Below are positions 50,648-61,681 of a stretch of DNA of 64,000 bases, one piece after another. Where the stretch lies: NCBI RefSeq assembly GCF_000143415.4, contig NW_003314299.1:544229-608228 (forward strand). Reading direction: 5' to 3'. Under the pieces are notes generated by a model. That model searched no databases and had not been told where the DNA came from. It saw nothing but the letters and a program-made list of their open reading frames with translations. The translations under genes and the position numbers were made by a program. The DNA comes from Selaginella moellendorffii. Taxonomy: Eukaryota > Plantae > Lycopodiophyta. Each line of letters begins with the position of its first letter. Positions within the stretch are counted from its first letter, which is position 1.

Positions 50648-53641
50648 ATGGAGATACTTACACAGCAGCAAACAGCTCTCAAGGAGGATGTGAAGAGTTA
50701 CCAGCTAGCAAGGGATCACAGCGAGCCCGGACCAGCGCACTATGGCAAAAGCCTCAAGGCTTGCAAGACATTGTCCGAAGGCCAGCGGATCCATTCGGCA
50801 ATCCTCCAGAGCAGGTTCAAGCACAACATCTACTTGTCTAACCTTTTGATCGAGATGTATAGCAAGTGTGGCAACCTCGAGGTTGCTCGCGAAGTTTTCC
50901 ACAGCATTCGCGAGCCCAACGTCTTCTCGTGGAATATACTCCTCGCTGCATACGTCCGCCATGGCCGCCTCGACGAGGCAAGAAGAGTTTTCGACAAGAT
51001 GCCGGAACGAGACTCCGTGTCGTGGAATGCAATGACGTCGGCTTATGCCCAGAAGGGTCATATGCAAGCAGCCAGGAGTATCTTCGAAATGATGCCGCGA
51101 AAGAGTATCGTGTCTTGGAACGCGATGATCCAGGCTTATATCCAAAGAGGAGACCTGGAAGAAGCTAAAGTTCTGTTCGACAAGATGACCGAGCGGGATG
51201 CTGTTTCATGGACTGTGATGATGCAAGCGTATGCCCAGAGGGGTCAGCTGCTGGAAGCTCGAGAGTTCTTCGACAACATGCCAAAGCCGGACGTGATCTC
51301 ATGGACTGCTATGGTCGTCGCTTATGCTCAGGCTGGGCATCTCAGGGAAGCGGAAGAGCTCTTTAGCAAAATGCCGGACAGGGATGTCGTGGCTTGGAAT
51401 GCCATGCTAGCTGGGTTTGTGACGAACGGACACATGAAGCAAGCAAGGGAAGTGTTCGAGAAGATGGAGAAACGGAGCTTGGTGTCTTGGAACACGATGA
51501 TTTCGGCGTATGGACGGAGTGGAGACTTAGAGAACGCTGTGCTGCTGTTTGAGGAGATGGTCGAGCGTGACGGGGTGACGTGGACTGCGATGATACAGGG
51601 GTATGCCTTGAACGGGCATCTCGACCAGGCACTCAAGCTCTTCCAGGAGATGGACTTGGAAGGGGTGGTACCAGACGAGGCGACGTACTCTATCACTTTT
51701 ACGAGCATTCTCACTGCTTGCAGTCACGCGGGAGAGGTTCCAAAGGGCTGTAAGTTCTTCGTGGAGTTCCAGGAAGACCGATGCTTACAGCCGACGATCG
51801 ATCATTACCACGGCATGATAGACGTTTTCGGACGTGGAGGGAAGCTCCAAGAGGCGGAGGACTTGGTGGAAAGCATGCCTTTCCCTGCGGAGGCTCTCTC
51901 GTGGACAACACTCTTGGCAGCGTGTAGACTCCACAACGATGTCGATCGCGCGGCACGGGCAGCGAAGAAAGTGGTGAAGCTGGATCCGGAAGCAAGCTCG
52001 AGCTACGTCCAGCTCGCCAACATGGGGATCTTCCAGAAGTCGGAGATATCAGACTCGATCTCTTCGGAGGCTCCAAAAGCTCACCACCAGGAAGCTACAG
52101 ATAAACTTATCGGGGATGGAGTTCTTCCTACTCGACGAGAAGAGGAAAGAAAAGAGGACGAAGGATTGTTCTCTTCACAAGAACCAGCCATTTCGATCGA
52201 AGAAACCCAAGAGGACTCATCAGGGGCGATCAAGGACTTCGCCTCACGGATACGAGCTTGTGGTGACTCCCGAGATCTGACACTCGCGAAGGAAATCCAC
52301 GCCTCGGTGCTGGCGAGCCAGTTCTGGCAAAACAGATACCTCGCCAACCTTCTCGTGGAGATGTATGGCAAATGCGGCAACCTCGAGAGCGCGTCCAGCG
52401 TCTTCGCCACCATCGACGTCCCAAATCTCTTCTCGTGGAACATCCTCTTCACGGCCTACGCTCGAAACGGCCGGCTCCAGCAAGCCAGGCGAGTCTTCGA
52501 CGCCATGCCCGAGCACGACCTCCCGTCCTACAACGCCATGATCGCCGCCTACGCGCAGAGCGGCAATCTCCAGCAAGCCAAGCTCGTCTTCGACGCCACC
52601 CCGGAGCTCAACGCCTTCTCCTGGAACTCGATGCTGGCGGCCTACGGCCAAGGTGGCGATCTCAAAAACGCTCGAGAGATCTTCTCCGCCATGCAAGAAC
52701 ACGACGTCGTCTCCTGGACCGCGATGATCCAAGCGTGCGTCCTGTGCCACCGGCTGGACGAGGCCACCGAGCTCTTCCTGGCGATGCCCGAGTATAACAC
52801 CGTGAGCTTCAACGCGATGGTGTCGGCCTATGGACAATCCGGACAGGCCGAGGAGGCCAAGTCGGTGTTTGACACGATGCCCGAGAGGGACGTGGTGTCC
52901 TGGACTGCAATGCTCGAGGCCTACACACTCTCCGGACACGTAGAGGCCGCTGGATCGATCTTCGAGGCGATGCCGTGCTGGGACGTACTGCCATGGACGG
53001 CCATGATTGCGGCGTACGCGCACAGCGGCGAGCCACACAGGGCGATGGTGACCTTCCGGAAGATCCCGGAGTGGGACTTGATCTCGTGGAATGCGATAGT
53101 CGCGGCTTTCACTCAGAACGGACTTCTTGCGCCAGCGATGAAACTCTTCGGTGGCTTGCCGGAGCGAGACGTGGTGTCGTGGAACTCGGTGGTGCAAGGA
53201 TTCGCGCAGCACGGCCAGGGGAGAGTGGCGCTCGAGCTCTTCCACGAGATGATCTTAAACGCGGTGGCTCCGCAAACCAGGACGTGCCTGAGCGTGCTCC
53301 TGGCGTGCGGGCATCTTGGGCTGCTCGAGAGGAGCCGGGAGTATTTCCTGAGCATGCAAGGCGACCATGGATTGGCTCCGGCGGTGGAGCACTATCGATC
53401 GATGGTGGACGGACTTGGGCGATCCGGGAAAGTTGCCGAGGCCGAGAGTTTGATCCAGACGATGCCGTTTCTTCCGGATAGCGTTGCCTGGCTGACGCTG
53501 CTCAGCGCTTGTAGGACGCATTCGTCCGGAGAGCGCGGGGCCATTGCTGCGGAGAAGGCGTTTGAGAGCGACAAGAGGGCGGCGTCGCAGTATGTGCTGC
53601 TGTCTAGCTTGCTCAACACAAGGCCAGCGGCCAAGGGATAG
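50648..53641 (+). CDS. Two complete PLS-E PPR units fused in one intronless ORF
   Basis: Unit 1 runs LLIEMYSKCG..LLAACRLH..SSYVQLANM (to ~52022). An acidic linker follows, then unit 2 LLVEMYGKCG..LLSACRTH..QYVLLSS. No stop lies between them. Confidence 0.9.
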   Translation: MEILTQQQTALKEDVKSYQLARDHSEPGPAHYGKSLKACKTLSEGQRIHSAILQSRFKHNIYLSNLLIEMYSKCGNLEVAREVFHSIREPNVFSWNILLAAYVRHGRLDEARRVFDKMPERDSVSWNAMTSAYAQKGHMQAARSIFEMMPRKSIVSWNAMIQAYIQRGDLEEAKVLFDKMTERDAVSWTVMMQAYAQRGQLLEAREFFDNMPKPDVISWTAMVVAYAQAGHLREAEELFSKMPDRDVVAWNAMLAGFVTNGHMKQAREVFEKMEKRSLVSWNTMISAYGRSGDLENAVLLFEEMVERDGVTWTAMIQGYALNGHLDQALKLFQEMDLEGVVPDEATYSITFTSILTACSHAGEVPKGCKFFVEFQEDRCLQPTIDHYHGMIDVFGRGGKLQEAEDLVESMPFPAEALSWTTLLAACRLHNDVDRAARAAKKVVKLDPEASSSYVQLANMGIFQKSEISDSISSEAPKAHHQEATDKLIGDGVLPTRREEERKEDEGLFSSQEPAISIEETQEDSSGAIKDFASRIRACGDSRDLTLAKEIHASVLASQFWQNRYLANLLVEMYGKCGNLESASSVFATIDVPNLFSWNILFTAYARNGRLQQARRVFDAMPEHDLPSYNAMIAAYAQSGNLQQAKLVFDATPELNAFSWNSMLAAYGQGGDLKNAREIFSAMQEHDVVSWTAMIQACVLCHRLDEATELFLAMPEYNTVSFNAMVSAYGQSGQAEEAKSVFDTMPERDVVSWTAMLEAYTLSGHVEAAGSIFEAMPCWDVLPWTAMIAAYAHSGEPHRAMVTFRKIPEWDLISWNAIVAAFTQNGLLAPAMKLFGGLPERDVVSWNSVVQGFAQHGQGRVALELFHEMILNAVAPQTRTCLSVLLACGHLGLLERSREYFLSMQGDHGLAPAVEHYRSMVDGLGRSGKVAEAESLIQTMPFLPDSVAWLTLLSACRTHSSGERGAIAAEKAFESDKRAASQYVLLSSLLNTRPAAKG

Positions 53642-53689
53642 AGAAACTTATAGAAATTCTTTTCTTTATAAGTGGATCTATACACTAGC

Positions 53690-54180
53690 TCAATTGTCTT
53701 CCTTGGTGACGTCAAGAACGTCCTCGACGAAAGCGTTCTCCTGCTTGAACCTGTTCTTGGGTGCGGAGCAAACTGGACGAACAAAAGAAAAATTAAGAAA
53801 AATGCTGGAAATAATATTAAAAAAACATCTTTTTTTTTTTGTGAATTTGTACCTGGGCAATTGTAGCTATCTGGCTGATCTTGGAATAGCGTCTCCTGGT
53901 CGTAGACATACCCACAGTCTTGACAGATGTAAGCAATTCTCTTCCCAACTGGAGCTTGTGGATCCTGCTCCAATGGTACACTGCCGGTTATCCCTCCCAA
54001 TGGCACTTCAGTGCCTCCCAGTCCTGTGGGAACGCTCTCCATCCTAACGCTCCTCAATTGCCTCCTTGCTGACACACCCCTCACATTACTCCTCAGTGCC
54101 ACTGCCTTGAAATTCTTTGTTGTGGATGACACGGAGGAGGAGAGGAGCTGTATGCTGCTGCCGTTTGCGACCAGAGCCAT
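53690..54180 (-). CDS. Plastid rubredoxin-like protein (2 exons)
   Basis: Transit peptide; YICQDCGYVYD..QPDSYNCP|VCSAPKNRF gives two CxxC motifs across an intron at ~53775-53852. Confidence 0.85.
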
Positions 54181-54561
54181 CTTTGCAAATCTCTTCTGAG
54201 CAAGGAAACCCGATACAATACAGGGAGAACAGCAGTTCGACGTTGGGGTGGAGTCTATATACTGGTCACAATATAGAGTAAACGTGAAAACTGGAAATTT
54301 TCTCCAATAGACAGCACAGTATCTCTAGTTGGCATACACACCAATTGCATGTGTGACACTTGTCCAAGTGATGGAAGAGCCATAAAATTGATACAAGAAA
54401 ATGCATAAATAGTTTTGATTTAAGACTTGGTTTTGAAAAAAGTGATTGGTTTTAATTAGCTAAAATATAATTCAAATTTAATGCTAAATATATAAAACTT
54501 TAGAATAATTAAAACTGACACAAAATAGCAAGTTATCACCAATAAGTATATAGAATTAAAG

Positions 54562-55482
54562 TTACACACAAGATGGATATTTATTAGTATGTAATGCCCA
54601 ATGCACTTTATTTGGTGATATTGCATAATAAATAACAAGATTACAATCATTTTGAACAATTAAGGTTGAAGAAATTAAGCAATTACTCTTTTTACAATAT
54701 TTATCAATAGACCATACTACAAACTTTTTTACTACATTTAAAACTTTTGTAAAACCATAAACAACAAGGTTACCATCATTTTGCAATTCAAGTGTACATA
54801 ATAATACATCATGAATAAATTTCCCAGTCTGCCATATAATACTTCTTCTAAAGAACAAAATAAGGTTGCAATTTGAATTTAAGTATAAAATAACATTTTT
54901 ATTTGGTGATAATAGAAACTCTGTGCTTCGAAGGCTTTGATACGGTCTGCCACTTGAAGCACTTATAAGAACATTTTTTGTAAAATCACAATAATCAGTT
55001 CCAATACTTCTAAAATGAAATAATATCAATGGATAATAATCTGGATCAGCTTCAGAATCACCATCTAAGCTGTATGATATTGCATAATTTGTTGCCTTTA
55101 TTAAAATATACTCCGCACATTTAGTAATAATAAGTTGTTCATATTTGACAACAATTTTTTTAAGTTGTTGTTTCATTGTTAATCCTCTCAGTTCTCCTTT
55201 AATTTTACTTTTTCCACAAAATGGCTCTTGATGATAAAAATGCCCTATTCTAACAACAGCGGTACCAATAGAAAGTGGTAAATAAATTACATTAAACCAA
55301 TTAACAGGATATGGCTCTTTTGCAATTTGTGCAATAAGTGTATTAAAACAGGTAATAATTTTAACCACATCAGAAACATCAAGTTTTTTTTCATTCCAAA
55401 ACTTGGTTTCCCAACTAATACATAAATTATAGAATGAAGTACTAATTATCAAAGTAAATATAAAAGAATTACAGCTTAACAT
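54562..55482 (-). CDS. Secreted unknown-domain plus bulb-type lectin protein, paralogue B
   Basis: Collinear with 33768-34664 (ETKFWNE, NWFNVIYLPLSIGTAVVRIGHFYHQEPFC, KCAEYILIK..YAISYSLDG, YCDFT.NVLISAS.G); LELQNDGNLVVY and LIVQNDCNLVIY. Confidence 0.85.
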   Translation of the reverse strand: MLSCNSFIFTLIISTSFYNLCISWETKFWNEKKLDVSDVVKIITCFNTLIAQIAKEPYPVNWFNVIYLPLSIGTAVVRIGHFYHQEPFCGKSKIKGELRGLTMKQQLKKIVVKYEQLIITKCAEYILIKATNYAISYSLDGDSEADPDYYPLILFHFRSIGTDYCDFTKNVLISASSGRPYQSLRSTEFLLSPNKNVILYLNSNCNLILFFRRSIIWQTGKFIHDVLLCTLELQNDGNLVVYGFTKVLNVVKKFVVWSIDKYCKKSNCLISSTLIVQNDCNLVIYYAISPNKVHWALHTNKYPSCV

Positions 55483-55913
55483 ATTTCAATTTTTCTTATG
55501 AAGAAATAGTTATTATATAGAGATTTTTATTATTAATTTACTATAATTTACTATTTAAATTGTATTTTAAAGAATTACTTTGGTATATAGCAAACCTCCA
55601 TTTGTAATTACTAATAGCATAGATGTGTGATATATATGATAACAAAGAAATTTCTTGATTAGATTAAACTCTATTTAATTTAAATGTGTCAAGATAATCA
55701 TATTCCATATGGACTTTCCTATTTTGTTAACTAGAAAGATGGAAATACTTTAAAAAACATTCTAAGCTATGCTAATCTGTGCTTTTTTTCAAATATTAAA
55801 AAACTAAAATAATATAATAAAAATATATTTAATTTTTTAGTTCTACCTCTAAATTGTAATAATCTATTTAACATCTATCTGAAGAGATTGTTATCAAGAG
55901 AAGGGAAGACAAC

Positions 55914-56072
55914 AAAATTATTAATAAAATACTAAAGAAAAGAAAAGAAGAAATAAATTTGTGTTAAAAAGTCTAAATGTAAAAAAACCTAATTTGGGTA
56001 TGGGTCTCAAAGGCTTAGTAAGTCTTGAGTTCAAATCCCCTAAGAAAAAATAAGATGCCTGAATCCCATTAT
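55914..56072 (+). repeat. Dispersed ~155-bp repeat, copy 1
   Basis: Matches 61533-61681: AAAATTATTAATAAAATACTAAAGAAAA..TAATTTGGGTATGGGTCTCAAAG..AAGTCTTGAGTTCA..GAATCCCATTAT. Confidence 0.88.
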
Positions 56073-56399
56073 AAATAATGATAGCAAATACACCTTAACA
56101 AATATAAAATGTTATCATATATATGACATTATCTTTCCCTTTTATGTCAAAAATTGAACAAATAAAGTGATATAGATATTGTTGATAGAAATCCAACTAA
56201 CTCAGAAGCATGAGTAAGATGAAAAGTAATCTCCCAAATATAATCACTAAGAAAATACCCAAACTAATTAAATAGATAATAGAGTTTACAGTATTGGTAT
56301 TTAAAGTCAAGGATGGTAATAAATTCAAACTCCAGTTGCTAGTAATGACCTTAGGAGGGGGTGGTGGTGGAACATAAGTAGAATCATAGAGTGTGATAT

Positions 56400-56770
56400 G
56401 ATAATATTGAAGAAATATAGAATACCAAATGCAACTTTGCGGATGGAGCCAATAAATGATTTAAGAAATGTGAGAGACCATAGAAAAATATCAAAACATT
56501 AATAATCAAATTTTTTAAACACATGGTTTTTTCAATGATGATAAAGGAACCAAACTTAAGATCTATTGGAAAAAAAAGGCTAAATTAGTAATAATGATTT
56601 ACAATATATCAATAAGTAATTTAGACACAAAAAAGGTGTTATAATGATTATAAGTGCCTTAAATAGTGTCAGGCTTGGTGGTTAAAAATATCATCCCATT
56701 TTTAGTTTATGATTTTGCATTGCTGAAAAAAACAAATGGAAAAGTTGATGTTCTTAGTTGACATAGTGTT
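56400..56770 (+). mobile_element. Possible highly decayed Ty3/gypsy RNase H remnant
   Basis: Stop-ridden fragments weakly resemble the DH(K/R)xL and (G)KxNxxADALSR region; AT-rich and CpG-poor. Confidence 0.25.
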
Positions 56771-58024
56771 CTCACTTTTTTTTGGGGGGGGAGGGGGGAC
56801 CTTGCTTTTAACCTTTAACATTAAAATTTCCTTCAATTTTCTTGGTTCCAAATTATTTCTCTTATATAATTCTTTACTTTTATAGTATATGTGATTTTCA
56901 CCCTTTACTTTATGGTGATTTACTATATAGAATAAACAAGGAGTGAAAGAATAGAACCACAGAGTGATATTGAAATAATATTAAACCATTCAGCTCTTAA
57001 ACACTAACAACACACAAAATAAAGCCTAACAAAGTTTGATACTATTTTAGTATATCAGTAGTCTAATGTGAGTATATGAGTATTCTACCAACTAGCATAG
57101 TATAGAACTTAATCTTATATTCAAACCAAACACATAATAAAGACAAATATGTTTAATAGGCAATGTTTGAAATTAGTTAGTCATGCTCAACCTACCCACT
57201 ATCTCTACTATACACAACATATGTGCCACACAACCACAAACTTAGATGAAAAAACTAGTGTGGTTCATTCTACTACATTTACCACATATTTACCAGTGGT
57301 AAATACTACATAAGTTATTGAAGTTGAACTCTACTCCCCTAGGAAGAAAATATAGAAGGGCTATTGTGGCATTGAGCAAGGGGACACTACTTGCATTTTA
57401 CTGAGGGGAAGCCAATCCTCTAGTTGAGCACACATCACATCACTGCCCAAGATTCATATCTGCATAACTCCCAATGCATCAAGTCTCACAGGACTCCTAA
57501 ACTGTGCTGGGCTAGGCTAAGGAGTTGGCAACATTTCTAGTTGATATCACACAGCTATTCCAATTAGATTAGTAACTCTATGTAAAAGATATAAATAGAT
57601 CTTCCTCTTTCTCCAATTATGGACCTTTGGCCTTGAGTAGAGCCAGCATAACACCTTACACTACATAACACTCCAATTACAAGTCAAAACATTTATATCT
57701 AGTCACTCTATTACAACTTAAGTATGCAAACTGTACAAACTAATGCATATGTTAATTAGTAATAAAAATTAGATATTACTCTAAATTACTTCTTATCAGA
57801 TATAAAATTAGACCTCCATACCTTCACAAAATTTAGTCCTCTTAATTTTTATCATTAGTTCATTAAAGCGAAAGCAAACCAATCTTTGGTACTCCACATC
57901 AAGTTATTTGAAGCACATAAAAGCACTTAGTTATGCTTATAAACAAACACAAGAATTTAAACACTAGTTAGTGAACCCTCATATCATGTTTATATTTAAA
58001 TATCGAAAGCAATCAAACAAATGT

Positions 58025-60427
58025 TTAGCAAGTCAATTTTGACGTTGTAGACCAGCCAAATTTCTCAAACAGGCTCAAGACAACACCATTGCTCCATCCA
58101 AAGCCAGTCTACAAAACATTAAACCAAGTACTTATGTGAAAAAAATGTTTATGCACAAACCTGAGGATTGTACTCTCCACCAAGACCACTCCTGCCACAG
58201 TATCTCGCGTCTAACTTCTCCAGCATCTTCCCAACCCTTTGGAATTCCGCATAGTTCGACTTTAGCCAGCGCTGGGATATATCCTCCGCCAGGGCCAACC
58301 CTTCCACAGATCTTGTACCAGCAAATCCTTCTATTATAATATGCTGGAGATTGGGCCAAGCATTCGGGTAGTCCCTGTTACATTTCATCCAACATTACTA
58401 TTTGTATAAATAAAAGAGTCGACTAGTAACTTACCATTGCTCTCCTGTTTCTCTCAGTGAGGTGACCACACCCGCAGCTAACAGCAGCCCCGATTTCTTA
58501 AAAGAAGAGACGAGCTTCGAAACTTTCTCATCGCCTGAAATGATAAATATATTGTTTAAAAAAAAGGAAAAAAAAAACAATCGAATATGTTACCTGGTCG
58601 CACCACTCCGCACCAAAGAGGGAAAAAGTTGGAAGGAAAAACGTCAGTGTTTTGGTTCTGTTTGTCGAAACTGTAGATCTTTTGCTGCTTGAATTCAATG
58701 TCTGTGGCATTGCGTTTCACTAGCCAGTAGTCAAGGTATTGTCCCATTTCTTCGTTCCAAAACACGGCATTTATGGCAGTTTTTCTCGACGTTGCATGCT
58801 TGTGAAATCGCCTTTGGAGCTCTTGCTTTCCTAAGAGCTTGGCAAAATACGCGATATTGTTTTCCATCTACAGCAAACGAAAGATGCTTATCAAATATAA
58901 TTTACGCTAAACAGAGCTGCTTGCCTGTAGCAAAAACGAGTTGAGATCCACAGGAAGAATATAGGCCGTCACAAGTGTTGTTCGGTTTAGGCGATTCCTG
59001 AAATATTAGAAAGAACCCTGGTGAAAAAATGAATAAAACCTTTTTGTATGCAACGATTTATGACACTTACGCCATCCAGCGGGAGCTGAAATCCCAGCCA
59101 CTTTCAGCAGCGGTCGCGATTTGGTGGTAAAGCTTGGATCTTTCCTTCGAACTTCCCAAGTTCTTGGCAGTGTCAGTGTCAACAATATACGATTCTGGCC
59201 TTGGCGAGTACAAATTCGCGTTGTATCTCGTTAGTACGTGCTTAACCCCATGACCATCGCGAATGTGGACTGTGAAACGATCTAGAGATGTCCAAATGTA
59301 AAAAAGATTAAAAGAAAAACACAATACAAGAACTTAAAATTGCTTGCCTGACGACCAAAATGAATGTTCTTTTAAGAGTGCAGGAAAAGCTTCCTCTATT
59401 AGCGATTTATTCTTGGTTTCGGCGTATACTGCCTTGACGGATTCGCTAAGAAGCGGAGGCTGGCTTCCTGCATAATTATAAAACGTAAGCTCAAAACAAA
59501 GGAGAGAATCAAAATGGCTAGAAATAGCTTACGATTGAGATAATAGCTCCGAGCACCATTGGGAACAAATCCGTAAGTATTGACGAGGTAAATGAGATTT
59601 CCGACAACCGATGTGGCTGTTTCATACAATTTACTCACGAGAAGTCCCCTGGAAAATGAAGAAGAAAAAAAAAAGAGATTACACATACCAAAAAAAATAA
59701 AGAAAAGTTGTGTACCTGATGATCCAGTAAGTGTCCCAGTAGTAAACTTCGCGAAACCTCGATCCAGGAATCACAACAACGTTTGGAAGCGGGAGCAAAG
59801 TATGGCGCTGTGGTTTCTCGACCACCTCGCGCTTGATCTTCTTTGCCAAACCTTTCCACAGCGAATGTATTTTTAGAGCGAAATCCCGAGCCGAGGCATC
59901 CTTGACTTTGGGAAGGAACCCCTCGGGGGTGTTTGCAAAGTCCGAGAGATTGTAGTCTCCCAGGTCAGTCCCTGGCACGTCGAAATGCTCGCTCACAAAT
60001 CCATTAAACTTTCCTGTCGAGTAGCAATGATAGGAGCGAGAAAAAAAAAGATGAAAAAGTTTTCGCGAACCTTTATCAATGTTGCTCCGGGAGAGATTCA
60101 CAAAAGCCGATTTTGTGACCTCCAAGTCCTGCTTGAGCGGCAGATCGACGTAGTACTTCGGATCAAAGGTCCCGTTTTCATTGCCCAGGACCTGAAAGGC
60201 GGTGGACTGCACAGAGGTAAGAAACGATTCCAGAGGAGTTGTATCATTGGTGCTAGCTCCTGCGATGGATCACAAAACTTTGAGCGATATCTTTGAGGAA
60301 AAGAAGCACACAAGCAAAAACTTCGAAGAGTACCTGAGATGGATCCTGGCAGGAGCAGTAGCAGCAGCAGCGCAAACAAATCCAGAGCTCTCAACGCCAT
60401 TGCCATTGCTGATACCGTCCTTGCCAT
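58025..60427 (-). CDS. TRE1: Trehalase (GH37), multi-exon
   Basis: FDPKYYVDLPL; PGSRFREVYYWDTY; FVPNGARSYYLNRSQPP; PRPESY; AAESGWDFSSRW; WDYPNAWP; GGEYNPQTGFGWSNG; hydrophobic N-terminus. Confidence 0.96.
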
Positions 60428-60719
60428 GGCCGTGACAAACTTTAGTCCAAATGGAAGGACTAAAGCGTCGGAGCTTCGTTGCAAATGGGGACTATGAGTA
60501 TAACGTCAGAGCCCAGAAGAGCCGGCCGCCTTGTTGGAAATTTGTTGACTCGGACTTGCACGAGTAAATCTTGGAGCGACGTGTTGGTGTCAACCATGTG
60601 TTCCAATCTCGTGGCATAGATGGTCGCTCTCGCTCTAAAAAAAAAATGTTATAACTTTGGCTCGTCCTTGAGAACTTTCATCGCGAATTAGTCTTTGGTG
60701 AGTTTTAAGTCTTTGAGGA

Positions 60720-61247
60720 AACACGATTTGTCCAGAAAGCAAAAGTAAAACACGCTGGAACGAAGAATTCAATAAAAATCCAAGCAAGGATTTATCTATA
60801 CGCTAGATTGGACACGATTCATCCAGAAAGGTTAAAAAAAAAACCATTCTGGAACGAAGAATTCAAAGACCAAATGATAAATCTAAGCAAGGATAAGCAA
60901 GAATTATCTATATTGGTTCGTCCAGAAAGGAAAAGGAAAACAAGCTAGAACGAAGACCAAGTGATAAAAATCCAAGCAAGAATTTATCTACATTAGATTG
61001 GAACTAACAATTGACACGATTCATCCAGAAAGTAAGAAAAAACCATGCTAGAAAGACCAAGTGATAAATCTAACCAAGGATTTATCGGAACTCAAGAGGA
61101 AGAAAAACACTACATTGGGAAGAAAAAAATAATGCTGGAACGAAGAATTCAAAGACCAAGGATTTATCTACATTTGACACGATTCATCCAGAAAGGATGC
61201 TGGAACGAAGAATTCAAAGACCTTGAAGCAAGGATCTATCTACATTG
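60720..61247. repeat. Degenerate tandem repeat, ~80-110 bp unit, about 6 copies
   Basis: Recurrent blocks ACACGATTCATCCAGAAAG, GCTGGAACGAAGAATTCAAAGACCAA and AAGCAAGGATTTATCTACATT. Confidence 0.85.
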
Positions 61248-61532
61248 GGAGAGGAGAGTCACCTCGCCTCATAAGCCCTAAAGCGCGTCACCGTCCACGT
61301 GTCCTCCATCCAACAGGCACCATGCTTGAGCGACTCCCATTGGCCGGCTTAAAGTGACAGAATATTCGAGGAATAACCAATTTTTTTTTAATTCTTAATT
61401 ACTAAACTTGTAAATATCCCAATATTCTTCCATGTCAACACTCAATTTCATGATCTTCTTTCTTGCATAAATTGATCTTTTCTTGCTCTAGAGGTATTTT
61501 ATAATCCAAAGCTCTAACCAATCGTAATTACT

Positions 61533-61681
61533 AAAATTATTAATAAAATACTAAAGAAAAATAAATAAATAAATTTGTGTTAAACACTCTAAATGTAAAA
61601 GAACTTAATTTGGGTATGGGTCTCAAAGCAAGTCTTGAGTTCACATGCCATAAGAAAAATAAGAGGCTTGAATCCCATTAT
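61533..61681 (+). repeat. Dispersed ~155-bp repeat, copy 2
   Basis: Direct repeat of 55914-56072. Confidence 0.88.

Noticed and set aside
53392-54180. 262-aa single-exon reading of the rubredoxin-like gene
   Set aside because: It reads through an intron; splicing restores the second CxxC and stops at 53690.
57150-57700. Slightly GC-richer patch within AT-rich DNA
   Set aside because: No ORF or motif I could assign; probably TE debris.
60720-61247. CRISPR-like look of recurring blocks (also 42036-42250)
   Set aside because: Units are degenerate tandem copies without unique spacers, there are no cas genes and the context is eukaryotic.
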